DNA from: Lepidodermella squamata
Lineage: Eukaryota > Animalia > Gastrotricha
Length of the DNA: 64,000 nt
NCBI GenBank assembly: GCA_047495785.1
Contig: JBLDXI010000002.1
Span: 2,542,001 to 2,606,000 of the forward strand
Direction: 5' to 3'
Shown: piece after piece, positions 33,219 to 44,948 of the stretch
Layout: every line of letters begins with the position of its first letter
Numbering within the stretch: the first letter of the stretch is position 1
Translations under genes and position numbers: made by a program
The notes under the pieces: model-generated
Databases searched by the model: none
Seen by the model: only the letters and a program-made list of their open reading frames with translations
Told to the model about the DNA's origin: nothing

Positions 33219-34840
33219 GCTGAAACGATGAATTAGAGAGTTGAAATGGCAGCACAACTAAATGAGAGCCGATCATATATACAGTAACTGTAAAGACTTA
33301 CAACGAACTGATGTTTACTTTCGGTGATAAAGAACAGAAAAGTTAGATGTGATGAAAAATTCCTATCTTTGAATAAATCCGATGCTTGTCCAAACGTAAG
33401 GCGCACACAATGTAGTTAATATGTCTTACTAAGCTGCTGCAGTTCTATCAATCCTAACAACAACAATTCACGCACTAGAAATGTATTATTCAGGGAGAAA
33501 GAACGGCGAAATGAAAGCTCCTAACCGCAAAACCACGCCTTATATAGGCTGCGTGGGGGAGTATTGCATCATCTTCGATGAGTCATTTTTCTAAAAAATA
33601 TCACTTCATTTTCAATTTTGTAAGCTTGACGGATTTCGATTAAAAATAGAAAATTTCAAAAAATATCGGTCAAGGTCATTTTTTTACTATATGAAACACG
33701 TTGCGCAATAGTAATATCTATATATTACATTAGAAAAGCGCGCCGATGAATCATCATTCTGCGATTTATATATGTATGTATGCGGCAAAAAATCGATATC
33801 AATGTAAAACAAGTTATACCGCTGTACATTCCTTGACTTCATTGTACCTTCATTGTAGCACCCTCCCTTGCACATGCGATTCAATTTTTTTTTTTATTTT
33901 ATTTCGAAAAATATATTCATGAAAAAAAATATATGATGGTACAAAATTCGAGGAAACAGAAGGGCACGCAGGCCACTAACTCTGAACCGTATAGCGGGTA
34001 ATGTAATGATATAAAACAGTTCTGAAGAGGGAGAATGTAGTTTTGATGAGCATGAAGTAGTAAAATTAGTTAGTAAGAGTGCAGTGTTTAGAAAAATCAA
34101 GTTTACGTATGTTTGATTTAAAATATGTCAGATTAGTATCAAAATTCATGCTAAAAAAGCGATCGGCGGTAATTATACCGTTTTGCGCCTTTTTCATATG
34201 ACAGGAGTTTAAACAGCAGCTCCTGCTAACTCATTTTCAAGGCAGCTGAAATTGATAAAAAGTCTGATTTAAAACATGAACCTAATTTTCATGGACACAG
34301 CGTATATCGTCATGCCATGAGTATGTACATTAACGAATTCTTATTTACTGACAATTCGTTATTTTTGTCGTGTCTCGCAATTCTTTTTTCAGGCCAAAGA
34401 AGTTACCTGAGATGACAAAGTGAAGCTTAATTGGACGCAACCATTCCTGAGGCGATTATAGGGCTGTCGAGGGGAAAATTAATTGCTTCTTCCAGACTCC
34501 GTACCGGAAATATAACAGTCAGAAAGTACACATTCTGACGCATGACGCACACAGATTCTGAGCGATGTTTCCAGGCCACATTGAATATACTGTCACGTGT
34601 TTCAGCTGTTATGCTTTCGCTTTACCGAATTTCAATTTTACTCAGCGTTGAACCAAGACGTCTATGCGAAATCGATTGGCTAGTACCATCGAAGCTTATA
34701 AATTTATCTTTTGTTTATTTAAGATCCGTTCAACGGGTAATGAATATTTTATCAAGTTACCGCACGCTCATGCGCCGCTGCTTGGAAAAGCAGCGAGACA
34801 CTTCATTCGCGAAATAATAACTAAATTGGGAGCAATAGTC

Positions 34841-36899
34841 ATGGTTATATTCAGATTTGCTTTAATCGCTGTTCTCTCCGGGTTGTCATATACCCAGCTC
34901 GATAAGGCTAACCGCCCTAAAGCGCTTTGCGACGGGCCAAGATCTAACGGTACGGCTTCGGAACAGCAAGTTGCTGATAAGTATTTCGCGCCATACGGCA
35001 GATGGCAGCGACCGAAAATCAACGGTACTGAGTCGATTCTGATAAACCTTACTTTCGTGCTTTCGTCAATCAACGATGTGGTAAGTTAAAAAAGCTGAAT
35101 ATCTTTACGGTTATTTAATGGAATTAACAGCTCGAGCGGGAAAGAATTATGCAGCTATCAGGTTACCTCAGCATTGTAAGTTGAGAATGAAGAGTCGCGA
35201 TGTGTTAAGAGCTGTTGTTCCTCAAATAGCGTTGGATGGACGAATACCGAGTTTGGAAGGATGACTTTCCGTACAATTGCGTCGATTATGTCGGTAAGAA
35301 CGAGTAATAAAGATGAGCTTATTGTTTGAGGTGCCATCTAATTTTAACCTCAGTTTTAAGGTAACAGGTGGCAAGTAGAAAGTGTTTGTATTTGACCTTC
35401 TATTCTTATAGTAGAAAAGTGCAATATCCACTTGTCACCTTAAAGCTGACCTAAACAAGCTTATATTCGTCTATTTCTATACACCTTTCCCTGTATTTCA
35501 TCAAGTTCTTCCGGCGACTGACATATGGCTGCCTGACATTGCTCAGGTAAACCTTAATTAAGTGTAAGTGGAACACTTCTGGAATCTATTTCCAGATGAA
35601 TTCGGAGGGCCGTTACACCTTAATGGGCAAAGACAACGAAAAAGTCCGCGTGTATTCTAACGGCTATACGATGTACAGCCCAGGGGGAACAGTATCAGTC
35701 TACTGCAGCTACGACCTTACCGATTTCCCATTCGATACCCAAACCTGCGCTCTTGAACTTGAAAGGTACCTGCTTTCATTAAATTTTCCAATTTCATAAT
35801 TCCTTGCTGTTTCGGAAAGCTGGCGTTACACCCGCAGCTACATGACATTCAATGTCTTTAAAAACGTGACGGTAAAATATTTCAAGGAGAATGAACAATG
35901 GGACCTGATCGAGACGTCTTACTCCCTTGTTGCTGCATCGTACTTGGAGCCATGGAATGCTTTTGACCATGTGGAATTCTATTTCAAAATCAAAAGGAAG
36001 GTCCTATATTACATGTAATACCAGCCTTAAGCATTAGCTGATCGCTGAAGGCTGAATTTCGCTTGCATTTCATTTAAAGGATGAATGTTGTTGTGCCAAG
36101 CATCCTCATTGCCGTAGCGCATCTATCGGTATTTGCTGTTCCTGTTGGTGACATCGAAAAGATCAACATCTCCTTTACGTGTCTACTCGCGTATTCAGTT
36201 TTTCAAGTTATGGTGATTCAAGACATGCCGAGATCGAGTAAACATATCCCTCTATTGTCAATATTCATAAATTTGCAAATGGGTTACATCACCCTTTCGA
36301 TGGTATGGCATTTCAGTTGGTATTCTGATAGCATAATTTACCCGATTTCTTAACAGCTTGGAGAGGGTATAGCTCTTCTGGCTTTGCGAAAAGCGTATCC
36401 CGACGGCCTATCTGTGCCTTCAAGGGTTCCGGATTGGCTATTCAAGACTGCTAGTGTTCTTGCTGTTCCACTTTTCTTCAAGTTGGATTACTACACCTAC
36501 TTAACGGAGAGCCTCCAGCCTAAAGAAGTGATCCACGTTGATATCGATCATGACGTCGGTGACCACATCAACAATGGTCATACCAATGGCGACTCAAAGA
36601 ATGGTATGATAAATAACCACATTGAGCGGTTGGATTCATTCAGCAGCGGCCGAGTTACGAACGGCTTGGGATCGGCTCAACCAGTTAGGCCTCAAAATCG
36701 GGGTAGGCAGTTGGCCGCTCATCAGAAAGCAAATGGTTTATCCGATCATCACCAACCTCAAAAATACGAAGCTTGGCAGATGAGATGGCTCTTTTTAGCC
36801 CACGTTCTGGAGCGTCTCGTTGCGGCCTTGTATGTTACCTTGATAATCATCACTCCGCTGGGAATGTTTGCCATCAAGCCACTACTCAGCCCCGAGTGA
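34841..36899 (+). CDS. Cys-loop ligand-gated ion channel subunit (nAChR/5-HT3-like, non-alpha, predicted cation-selective), ~8 exons
   Basis: Signal peptide; RP motif; W.DEY..W; IWLPDI; Cys-loop CSYDLTDFPFDTQTC; SWRY; ENEQWDL; KRKVLYY; M1-M3 with DIEKI at the M2 start; M4 preceded by W.FLAHVLERL. Confidence 0.92.
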
Positions 36900-36998
36900 T
36901 CACATGCCAAAAACCTAACCATACGTTTTCAATCTATTTTCATCAGGATTTTATTCGAATGTTATTGAGTTTCGATAGTAAACCCAAGTTTTGGGCGC

Positions 36999-39554
36999 CT
37001 AAATTAACATGGAACTACTGGGACGCGTGATCATGGGCCGATTCCCAGATCCTAAGGAGATAGCTAACGGGATGAAAATTATCATGCAGTTACTCTCTGC
37101 AAAAATCATAGTTCCCAAAGAGAATATAGTTGCATGGAGAGTCGTTTGCTCCGTGTGGACTATGAGCAGGAGTGCCAGGACACAACAGTAGATGACCAAA
37201 CCATTAACCGCTGCAAGACGAATCGACCGATATTCACATTGCATGAAACTACCTGGAGAATACTTCCGCAAAGAATATGCGAAGAAAGAGGCAAGTGTAA
37301 GCAAAATGAGATTTATAAATGCCAATGCCCCTATCCAAGCTATATCAAAATTAGACCCACATCGATATGCAGTGATATCGAAATACGAATCTTCCAACAA
37401 ATCGTAGAAAACAGGTGACGTTACCGGATAAAGTTGAGCTGGATCGACGATTGCGAGCCACAATACAAGGGCAAATCCACAGACTAACATTTGGATTAAG
37501 CTTATGGCGATCAGCTTCCTGTGGTAATTTGAGACAGGAGAGAAATTGCTCTGAACATTTGGTTTGGCAATAGATGAAACTTTGCTAATAACGCTTTGAT
37601 GAGGTGATATTGTAACCTTCGAAGTTCGCGAAGACGGCAAGTTGATGGAAAACATAGACGACTTCCTCTTGCCATCATCATTGCTCTCTAATGGATACAT
37701 GGGCGAGACAACAATCAATCTCCCCCGCGACGACGATGAATTTTGCCGCGTACCCTCGAATTTCGAAGCAGCAAGCGTAGTGCCAGTACTTGACTTGTTT
37801 CTTTTCACTTCTCGAGCCGAACGCATTAGCAGATTCGCTCTAGCGAAAATATTGCCCACGACTAGCGATATCCCGATAGAGGATGTTATGGTTCTCAAGT
37901 TGCAAATGACCAACTTCTCTTGTGTCAAACTCGAATAGATGAAAACGTCCGATACGTGCAAAATTGCACCGATGTTCACGAAAAAAGAACCTGCACACAT
38001 TAATACATCGCCTGCCAACGTGACGAATACAGCATCTTTCATTCTTGCGGAAACTGCCGCTAAAATCACGGCAGCCACGAGGAGGGACATAGTAAACGCT
38101 AGGGATAGCACAATCGTAGGCCAAAAAAGAAAATTCGGGTATTGGTAGACCTGATGAGTAACCGAAGACAGGTCTTTCGGTGGTCTCCCAGACGCTGTCA
38201 TCCAAATCAGAGGGTTCACAGGCTGAATTAGGTAGTTGGAGAAATCATAACGTTCGCTCTTGTTCAAGGAATCTGTCGTATTCATGACGAGTTTGAACAA
38301 AAATCTCAAAGCGCCTCGATGAAATTGCACCAACCACACAGGTTCCGAGTCCAATTCCATACGACTGGAGTATCCCAACCTGCCGGCTCTCAGGCTGTTG
38401 AATGAGAGCTCTGCGGCAGTGCTCTTGATAACGTTCAAGACATCTCGCGGTGAAGTTTGATAGTCGCGTAGAGATTTACCTTGTCTGTTCAATCTTTTCT
38501 CGCTCTCGTCGAGATTAAGCATGGCTTGCATCATTGAGTCGTGGCAAACATGCCGAAACGGGTAATCGAGTGGCCTCGCGCCGTTGAAAGCTGAATCTAT
38601 AGATCTGTCTAATGTCAACATGTCATAGCCTAGCGGAGATGGCCCGTTGTATGAAACAGCGCTGAAGAAAATTCCAGCCCAGAATGTGATTTGGTATTGG
38701 ACCAGAATTTTCTCCCTAGTGCATCCTGGAATCCGCAGCTGAGAAACAGCCTCTGGGGCAAAGTAGCCGAAAGTTGAAAGAATGAACGCGTATCTCGGTG
38801 TATTTAATCCTGCATCATGACATAAACACATGAGTCGAGCAAGGAAAGGGAGGTTTGTCGAAACGATAACAATTATCCTGGCCTGGCTATCGATAAGATT
38901 TTTGATCATGCTCTCACTGGGTTCCAGCGCAACCGTGAAGTAGGTCACCTTCACGCGATGTGCTATGGTCTGTAGATAAACCTGTTGTGTGCTGGCATAT
39001 TCCGCTGGGTTTCCAGCGAAGCCTATAAAAGCAACTTCTTTCCAGTTAGCAATTTTAGCAATTAAGAAAGTGGAAGCTAAAGCCGTATCTTCAATAGGTT
39101 TCGTGCCCCGAAACAAATTCGGATAGTTGACTCGGTCTTCGGTAAACATGGCCGAAGAGCACCCGTACGTGAACTGGGCCATGCTGTAGGACGATGACAA
39201 AGCTGAAACCTTCTGACACTGCTGGAACGGCCCGACCAGAACTGGTGAAAAATAACTGCCGTTCGTTAAGGTGAAGCTGAAATGATCAACAATCACACGC
39301 GGACCAGCGGCGACATTGATACCTTCATCTTTGAATGAAACGACGATTTCATAGCCAGGCAAGAGCGAAGTTTGGTTATTCATCGCTTCGACTGCGAAAT
39401 TCATTGCTGCCGTACAGGACCTACCGTCAAATGCGTCGCGATTCGGCGTTAGTGCTAGCAAGTGAAGTTTCTCGGGCTTTTCTACCTTAGCACATGCCAG
39501 TATGATGCGCAACAGAAGAAAAATGACAATTGAAGGAGTGGTGTTGTGCATCAT
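36999..39554 (-). CDS. Class C GPCR, GABA-B-like, copy 5; coding sequence intronless
   Basis: Signal peptide, DGRSC, YGC, YPNLFR, RHVCHDS, PPKDLS, 7TM. Confidence 0.88.
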   Translation of the reverse strand: MMHNTTPSIVIFLLLRIILACAKVEKPEKLHLLALTPNRDAFDGRSCTAAMNFAVEAMNNQTSLLPGYEIVVSFKDEGINVAAGPRVIVDHFSFTLTNGSYFSPVLVGPFQQCQKVSALSSSYSMAQFTYGCSSAMFTEDRVNYPNLFRGTKPIEDTALASTFLIAKIANWKEVAFIGFAGNPAEYASTQQVYLQTIAHRVKVTYFTVALEPSESMIKNLIDSQARIIVIVSTNLPFLARLMCLCHDAGLNTPRYAFILSTFGYFAPEAVSQLRIPGCTREKILVQYQITFWAGIFFSAVSYNGPSPLGYDMLTLDRSIDSAFNGARPLDYPFRHVCHDSMMQAMLNLDESEKRLNRQGKSLRDYQTSPRDVLNVIKSTAAELSFNSLRAGRLGYSSRMELDSEPVWLVQFHRGALRFLFKLVMNTTDSLNKSERYDFSNYLIQPVNPLIWMTASGRPPKDLSSVTHQVYQYPNFLFWPTIVLSLAFTMSLLVAAVILAAVSARMKDAVFVTLAGDVLMCAGSFFVNIGAILHVSDVFIYSSLTQEKLVICNLRTITSSIGISLVVGNIFARANLLMRSAREVKRNKSSTGTTLAASKFEGTRQNSSSSRGRLIVVSPMYPLESNDDGKRKSSMFSINLPSSRTSKVTISPHQSVISKVSSIAKPNVQSNFSPVSNYHRKLIAISLIQMLVCGFALVLWLAIVDPAQLYPVTSPVFYDLLEDSYFDITAYRCGSNFDIAWIGALAFINLILLTLASFFAYSLRKYSPGSFMQCEYRSIRLAAVNGLVIYCCVLALLLIVHTEQTTLHATIFSLGTMIFAESNCMIIFIPLAISLGSGNRPMITRPSSSMLI

Positions 39555-39734
39555 GATACTGCTATAGAAACAAGGCGCAATGATAAAAATTTATCAAATA
39601 ATTGCTTAAGTTGAAAGAATTGTCAATATTTTAAAGTCTTTTCCGTTCATATTCATTTGAGCGTTTAAAACCACGTAAGTTGGGACAAAAATAGCTGGTC
39701 ACGCACGAATGATATATCCGCACATTTGCCATTT

Positions 39735-39912
39735 TTCCGCTTCAACCTGGCCGACATTCCTCACTTTCCATTACATATTACCTTTTCGCTGAAAGCTGAG
39801 ATAAAATGTTCATGTACTTCATTCCGCTTCAACCTGGCCAATATTATTACTGACTTTCCTATAATATGTAATAGCCCTTCACTGAAAGCTGAGATAAAAT
39901 GTTCATGTCCTT
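39735..39912. repeat. Two-copy tandem duplication (~87 bp unit)
   Basis: TTCCGCTTCAACCTGGCC...CTGAAAGCTGAGATAAAATGTTCATGT occurs twice in succession. Confidence 0.8.
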
Positions 39913-40780
39913 CCGCAGGGTTTTGAAATATGACTCGATATAAACAACTATTTGGCTCCGAAACAAAAAGTTTCGTGCTCTGCACCGGAAATTTCTAGCA
40001 ACTTAGAACTTCTAGCTACCGCGAGGAGCCTCCTGGTGGCATGGGTAATACAGACATCAGACATCAGACTCTCATAAACTGGTCTCCATAACATAACCAG
40101 GTTTGCAATATTGCGGAAATTGATGATTCGAGCTAGGAGGAGCTATTTCCATTCTCTTGGAGATCGACGCTGTTTCTTCCAGTAACAGTGAAATCATTGC
40201 GTAACGAATTTGGAGAGCAACGGCTTCCATAACTTAGGCTAAAAAGCATGCTGAAAACTAAGGATATTTCAAGTGCATTATTTTACGTGGACATTCAGGC
40301 ATTGCGGGTAAATCACGTGGCGAACCGTTGGGAAATTAACATTTTATCCACCCAAACATATACAGCTTTAACATTTTTCGTCTATAATTAGGCGCGCATA
40401 AGCGATGTTGATGGTTTATGTTCAAGAAAAGTTCAAGCCAGCTAATCACATAGCTGGAATAGCTCACTCGAGGAATTTTGATCTAATTTATAGCTAATTT
40501 CTTTCAGCTATGCTACCGTGGGTGGTTTTTTCTGTCGGCAGAGGCTACTAAATCATTCGATACGTCCGAAATGATGATTGGTTCAACATACCTTTCTTTA
40601 ATTTGTCTGATTTTCACCAGGTTCGACCTCAATAGGTACGCCACATCGCGACATTTGTGTTTAGTCCACTTCGACCTAAAACAGATACTAGCTACCTTAT
40701 ACCTCCGATACTAGCTCTTCCGTTTCCAATAGATAAGCTGAAAAGCTGACTCCTGGGAAATACATTCTAGTCTCGATATG

Positions 40781-40968
40781 AACTACGTGTTGCTGGCTCG
40801 GTCACGGTAGTGGGGCTGGTGAGGTTGGTGGGTGTGACTTTTCTCATATACAATATTAATCAATTGAAAGAATCGCGTGCTTCCAAAAGCGCCATTGATG
40901 CTAGTATCATATCGACCATCAAAGCAACAAGTAGCTGGACTTTGACTTCGCAAATCTGGCCCAAGACG
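40781..40968. mobile_element. Hairpin/MITE-like repeat, copy 2 (left end truncated)
   Basis: Clear similarity to 18148-18340: TAGTGGGGCTGGT..GTTGGTGGGTGTGA..AGAATCGCGTGCT..GGACTTTGAC. Confidence 0.75.
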
Positions 40969-41246
40969 TAGGTTGAGCTCCAGTTAGCTCGGCTATTTCG
41001 ATTACATTCCCGAGTCAGAAAAACATGGTATCCATTATCTTCAATTTTCAATTAGCAAGGATATTTAGCGCTCAATTATCAATTATCGTAACACCTCGAT
41101 TGCATGAGGTCTGTAAGGTGACTCCTGCCAAAATAGCGACACACGCTAAAAGCCTCAAGTTAAACAAAATCGCAAGATGAAGGTATTTTTTCTTTCGTAG
41201 AGTGAACAGTTTATTTATAGCACAACTATAAGGCTAGAAGAAGACA

Positions 41247-43559
41247 ATGATCCAGCAACTTACTTTCATTTTCATTATTGCATCTCTTGTTGGGGTTTCT
41301 GATGGAGGAAAGAAGTATAGCCTAAATCTATTGAGCCTACTTCCGGCAAACTACCCGACTTGCGCAGTGGCTTACCAAGTGGTAATCGACCGCGTCAACA
41401 GTCGTAATGACGTTCTTGCCGATTATCATGTCCTTTTGGATCTGAAAGACCAGAATGGCAACACCGCCGCAGGATCAAATCTTGCAGTAGTGTCGTTTGA
41501 CGACAAACCTCTTGGAGAGAATAACTACAGCGCTCCTGTTATTCTTGGACCAAGTGGATCTTGCAACGTCGTTGCACCAACAATGAAAGCTTTGTATTAC
41601 ACAGAGGTGTCTCTGGGCTGCACCGGAGCCTACATCTACTCCAGGAAGTCTTTTTTCAACAACCTTTTCCCTGTATCCATGTGGACAGTGCTTCAAAATT
41701 ACGCTATCAACGGTGTCATTGATATTGGGGGTTGGCGTCAAGTCGGCCTGATTGCGACCTCTTCAAGTGCTAACGCCATAATAACAGCTCAGGAGCTTCA
41801 CGCTTATCTCACTAAACAAGGAGTGGATGTCGTTCAGTACGTCAGCGAACCGGATCTGAGTTATTCAGGAATCGAATCGTTTAGATCAAAAGCTACAATC
41901 ATCGTGGTTTTCCTGATCTTTGCGGATGATACCGTCAGATTCTTTTGTATGGCGCATTCGGTTGGGCTTCGACCTCCACTGTACAACTTTATTATCTACG
42001 CTTCAGTTCAAGCTATGTATACGGCTATTAATGCTATCAATAACCCTCCCCCGAACTGCGACGGAGCTGGGATTGAACTCATGCTTACCGGGAGTCTCTT
42101 TCTCGGCATCTCATTCGTACCCACTGGGAATTATTCAACTGCACTTGGCTATGGCAATGCGGAATTCGAAGCAGAGATGGAACAACGGCTAAAAAACGTT
42201 CCTAACTTCGGGCTGGATTTCTCTGAACGATTCAGATGTCACGATGCCGCTTTGTCATCAATACTTATTCTAAACAAATCTGAGGCGATTTTGCAGCAGC
42301 AATATAATATATCGCTGCGCGACTTCAAAAATCACCGTGAACTTGTGCGTAAAGTAGTCAACTCTAGCGCGGCAAACAACGACTTCATGGGTTTGCGAAT
42401 CGGCCGAATAAATCCTGACGCAAACAACAACATTCTTGAAGAGCTCCAAATCTACCAAGTTGTTAACCGGCAACCTATACTGAACTACAAAATGTTTTAC
42501 AATCGCGAAAATGCAAGAAACCGCAATAGTTTTCCGTATGATGTTGTTAAAATCGCTGACGTGATTTGGCCAACCAAAAATAATCAGCCACCGAAGGATT
42601 TGTCATCAATCGAACACCGACAGTCAGTGTGTGGCTTGAAACTGATTGGCGCTGCTGCTGCTCTAGCTTCAGGAATATCTGTCACCCAAGTAATGGTCTT
42701 CGGCATACAAATTCGTAAACCGAACGCAGATAAGTTGTACAGAATCGCTGAAAAAGCTGCGATTCTTCTCGCCTGTTTGCTTTTGAACGTGGCAGCTGGT
42801 GTCAACGTAGTAGGGTGGGATTATTTTACTGAGCTGGAGTGTCTCAATCAACCAGTCCTTGTTACTGTTGCATTATCGTTAATTCATGGAATGATAGCAG
42901 CAAAACTTCATGGCTTATCTGAGTTCGCTCGAAGTTTTGCTCTGACACGAGTCATGGATGTCTCGGCTTCAACGGCTCGAATTAAAAATAGTGACGAGCA
43001 GAACCTCGTGCACCGACAATCGGAGCTCCTAGGAATTAGGAAGAGGTCAATAAAGTGGCGGAAATTCGTTCCAAGCGACATAACATCATTGCGCAATCGA
43101 ACACTCGCTCTCGGAATGTTCTTGACCACCGTGAGCGTTCTTACGATGATTCTCTGGGTTGCTATACACCCTTCGAAAGTTTCGAAACTGCGCACCGAGC
43201 TGGCGTTTGATGAGCAGGAGGTTGTATTTTACGACATTGAGATCACCAGTTGCGAGTCCGAATTCGAAGCCTACTGGTTAGGGGCATTATTGGGCTTGCA
43301 TATTGCCATGCTTCTCTCAGCTAACTTCTGGTCGTTAAATCTGCGCCAGTTTGCTTTGCCTAACGAATTAGCGTATGGAGCAAAAGTGATGCGATTGGCA
43401 GCTGTGAATTCTATTTCCATTTTTTGCGCTGTTTTTCTGATCTTACTAGTCGTGGGGTCATCTACTAATTCATGTGTGGCCCTTGCAGTTTTGTCTATCG
43501 GAGAACTTTGTTATTCCGGCTCGACATCGTTGATCCTTTTATTCATGACTTCAAACTAA
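41247..43559 (+). CDS. Class C GPCR, GABA-B-like, copy 6 (most divergent, opposite strand); coding sequence intronless
   Basis: Signal peptide, VIDRVNSRNDVLADY, APVILGP, RFRCHDA, PPKDLS, 7TM ending directly after TM7. Confidence 0.85.
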   Translation: MIQQLTFIFIIASLVGVSDGGKKYSLNLLSLLPANYPTCAVAYQVVIDRVNSRNDVLADYHVLLDLKDQNGNTAAGSNLAVVSFDDKPLGENNYSAPVILGPSGSCNVVAPTMKALYYTEVSLGCTGAYIYSRKSFFNNLFPVSMWTVLQNYAINGVIDIGGWRQVGLIATSSSANAIITAQELHAYLTKQGVDVVQYVSEPDLSYSGIESFRSKATIIVVFLIFADDTVRFFCMAHSVGLRPPLYNFIIYASVQAMYTAINAINNPPPNCDGAGIELMLTGSLFLGISFVPTGNYSTALGYGNAEFEAEMEQRLKNVPNFGLDFSERFRCHDAALSSILILNKSEAILQQQYNISLRDFKNHRELVRKVVNSSAANNDFMGLRIGRINPDANNNILEELQIYQVVNRQPILNYKMFYNRENARNRNSFPYDVVKIADVIWPTKNNQPPKDLSSIEHRQSVCGLKLIGAAAALASGISVTQVMVFGIQIRKPNADKLYRIAEKAAILLACLLLNVAAGVNVVGWDYFTELECLNQPVLVTVALSLIHGMIAAKLHGLSEFARSFALTRVMDVSASTARIKNSDEQNLVHRQSELLGIRKRSIKWRKFVPSDITSLRNRTLALGMFLTTVSVLTMILWVAIHPSKVSKLRTELAFDEQEVVFYDIEITSCESEFEAYWLGALLGLHIAMLLSANFWSLNLRQFALPNELAYGAKVMRLAAVNSISIFCAVFLILLVVGSSTNSCVALAVLSIGELCYSGSTSLILLFMTSN

Positions 43560-43695
43560 AGTAACTCAGATGATCAAAAGGGAATGAAGCTGTAAGGCAG
43601 AAGTGAACATATATTTCGAAAACTTTGAAATGGTATTATGGTAAAACCGGGTAGACTAATAATTTTAGAAGTGTCGTGTCATGTCTGTCGTACGT

Positions 43696-44948
43696 TTAAT
43701 AACCCATAATCGAGGCTACTTTCGTGAGAACTGCTTTCTCTTGGCTTTTCAGATTGATTCTTTCAGCCTCCTCGTCTACTGCGTCCATAACAACACGATA
43801 AGCATCTGCTTCACTCAGATTTAGGCTTATTCGAACGCTGTTCTACAAATTGAGATCAACAAAGAGTTTCGAAACGAATGTTTACGGCCGTAATAAAACT
43901 TACTATTGCTAGTTCTTTAAATGCTTCGTCCATCTTCGACTGCATTTCAGCATCGTCATCATCTACCTTGATCTTGCCAAGTCTGATTGGATTAGTGACA
44001 CTGATTCGATAATTGTAGATGCAATACCAGCCGTAATACTGTGACAGTAATCAGTATGGACTTGTATATATGGATGCGAAATTAACAAACATTCATGGCT
44101 ACTCGCATTATCCAGTAGATCATCATAAATTGAAGCCCAAAAGTAAACCAGTGTTCGTGAGAAAGTGCCTGGTAATTATAAATTGACGTAGCATACCTAT
44201 GTGAAATGAAATCTCACGTATAGACTATCAACTCGCATGAGAATGTAGAAGAAGTAGAACCGATACCCCGCATCGATTATCAAGTAAGGCGCTATCAGCA
44301 CCAGCCATGCCATCAAAATAGCTGCCGATGGCTGTGATAAATAATCAAAATTGTATTTTGTGTTTGTCAGTGAAGCGTCAACCTACAAAAGATACTCCAC
44401 AGACTAATGATAGAGATACCACAACGCCGTAAATGTCAGCGCCGAGCATCAGATCAGCACTAAAACATATCAGCTCTATGAACATTTTTAGAGAATATTA
44501 TGCATAACGATGAAAGGCGAGACTCACCTCGCTCATCTACGGTTAGAAGCGGGTCGTATAGGCCGGTAGTCGTTGTGGAGACTCGTACTGTCGAAGCGGT
44601 TACTCTGTTAGGCCGATGCGAAATGATGATTGAATCTATTGGAATTTTGTAGGTGTAGGTTTCAGGCTGGTCTGCGCTTGTCAAGTTCTGGTAGAATTTG
44701 CGAAAGTCGACAGCTAACGCTATGCTTTCGCTACTGGCGTAGTACTCCCCTAAGATGTGAACTGTTAAGCAGAACAAGGCGTCGAATAGGCTCGATATCA
44801 TAACAAAAACGACTGTTGCTACGGATCCTCTGTACAGCGAGTCCCAACAGCAGCACCAGTCTTCGACTTCTCGCTTGGGACGAAGATACTGTTGCTGCTC
44901 GGGTTCTTCCTTGTCCTTCTTAGCAGCTTCGACATCTGCAGGTGGCAT
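43696..44948 (-). CDS. Four-TM membrane protein, LAPTM4/tetraspan-like, ~6 exons
   Basis: Spliced translation: MPPADVE..WCCCWDSL-TM1, a Thr-rich loop, TM2 (DIYGVVVSLSLVCGVSF), TM3 (ILMAWLVLI), TM4 (..YYGWYCIYNY) and an acidic tail ending IMGY*. Junctions stay in frame. Confidence 0.7.

Noticed and set aside
40025-40075. Possible tRNA or tRNA-derived SINE head
   Set aside because: There is only an A-box-like stretch, with no B-box or cloverleaf discernible.
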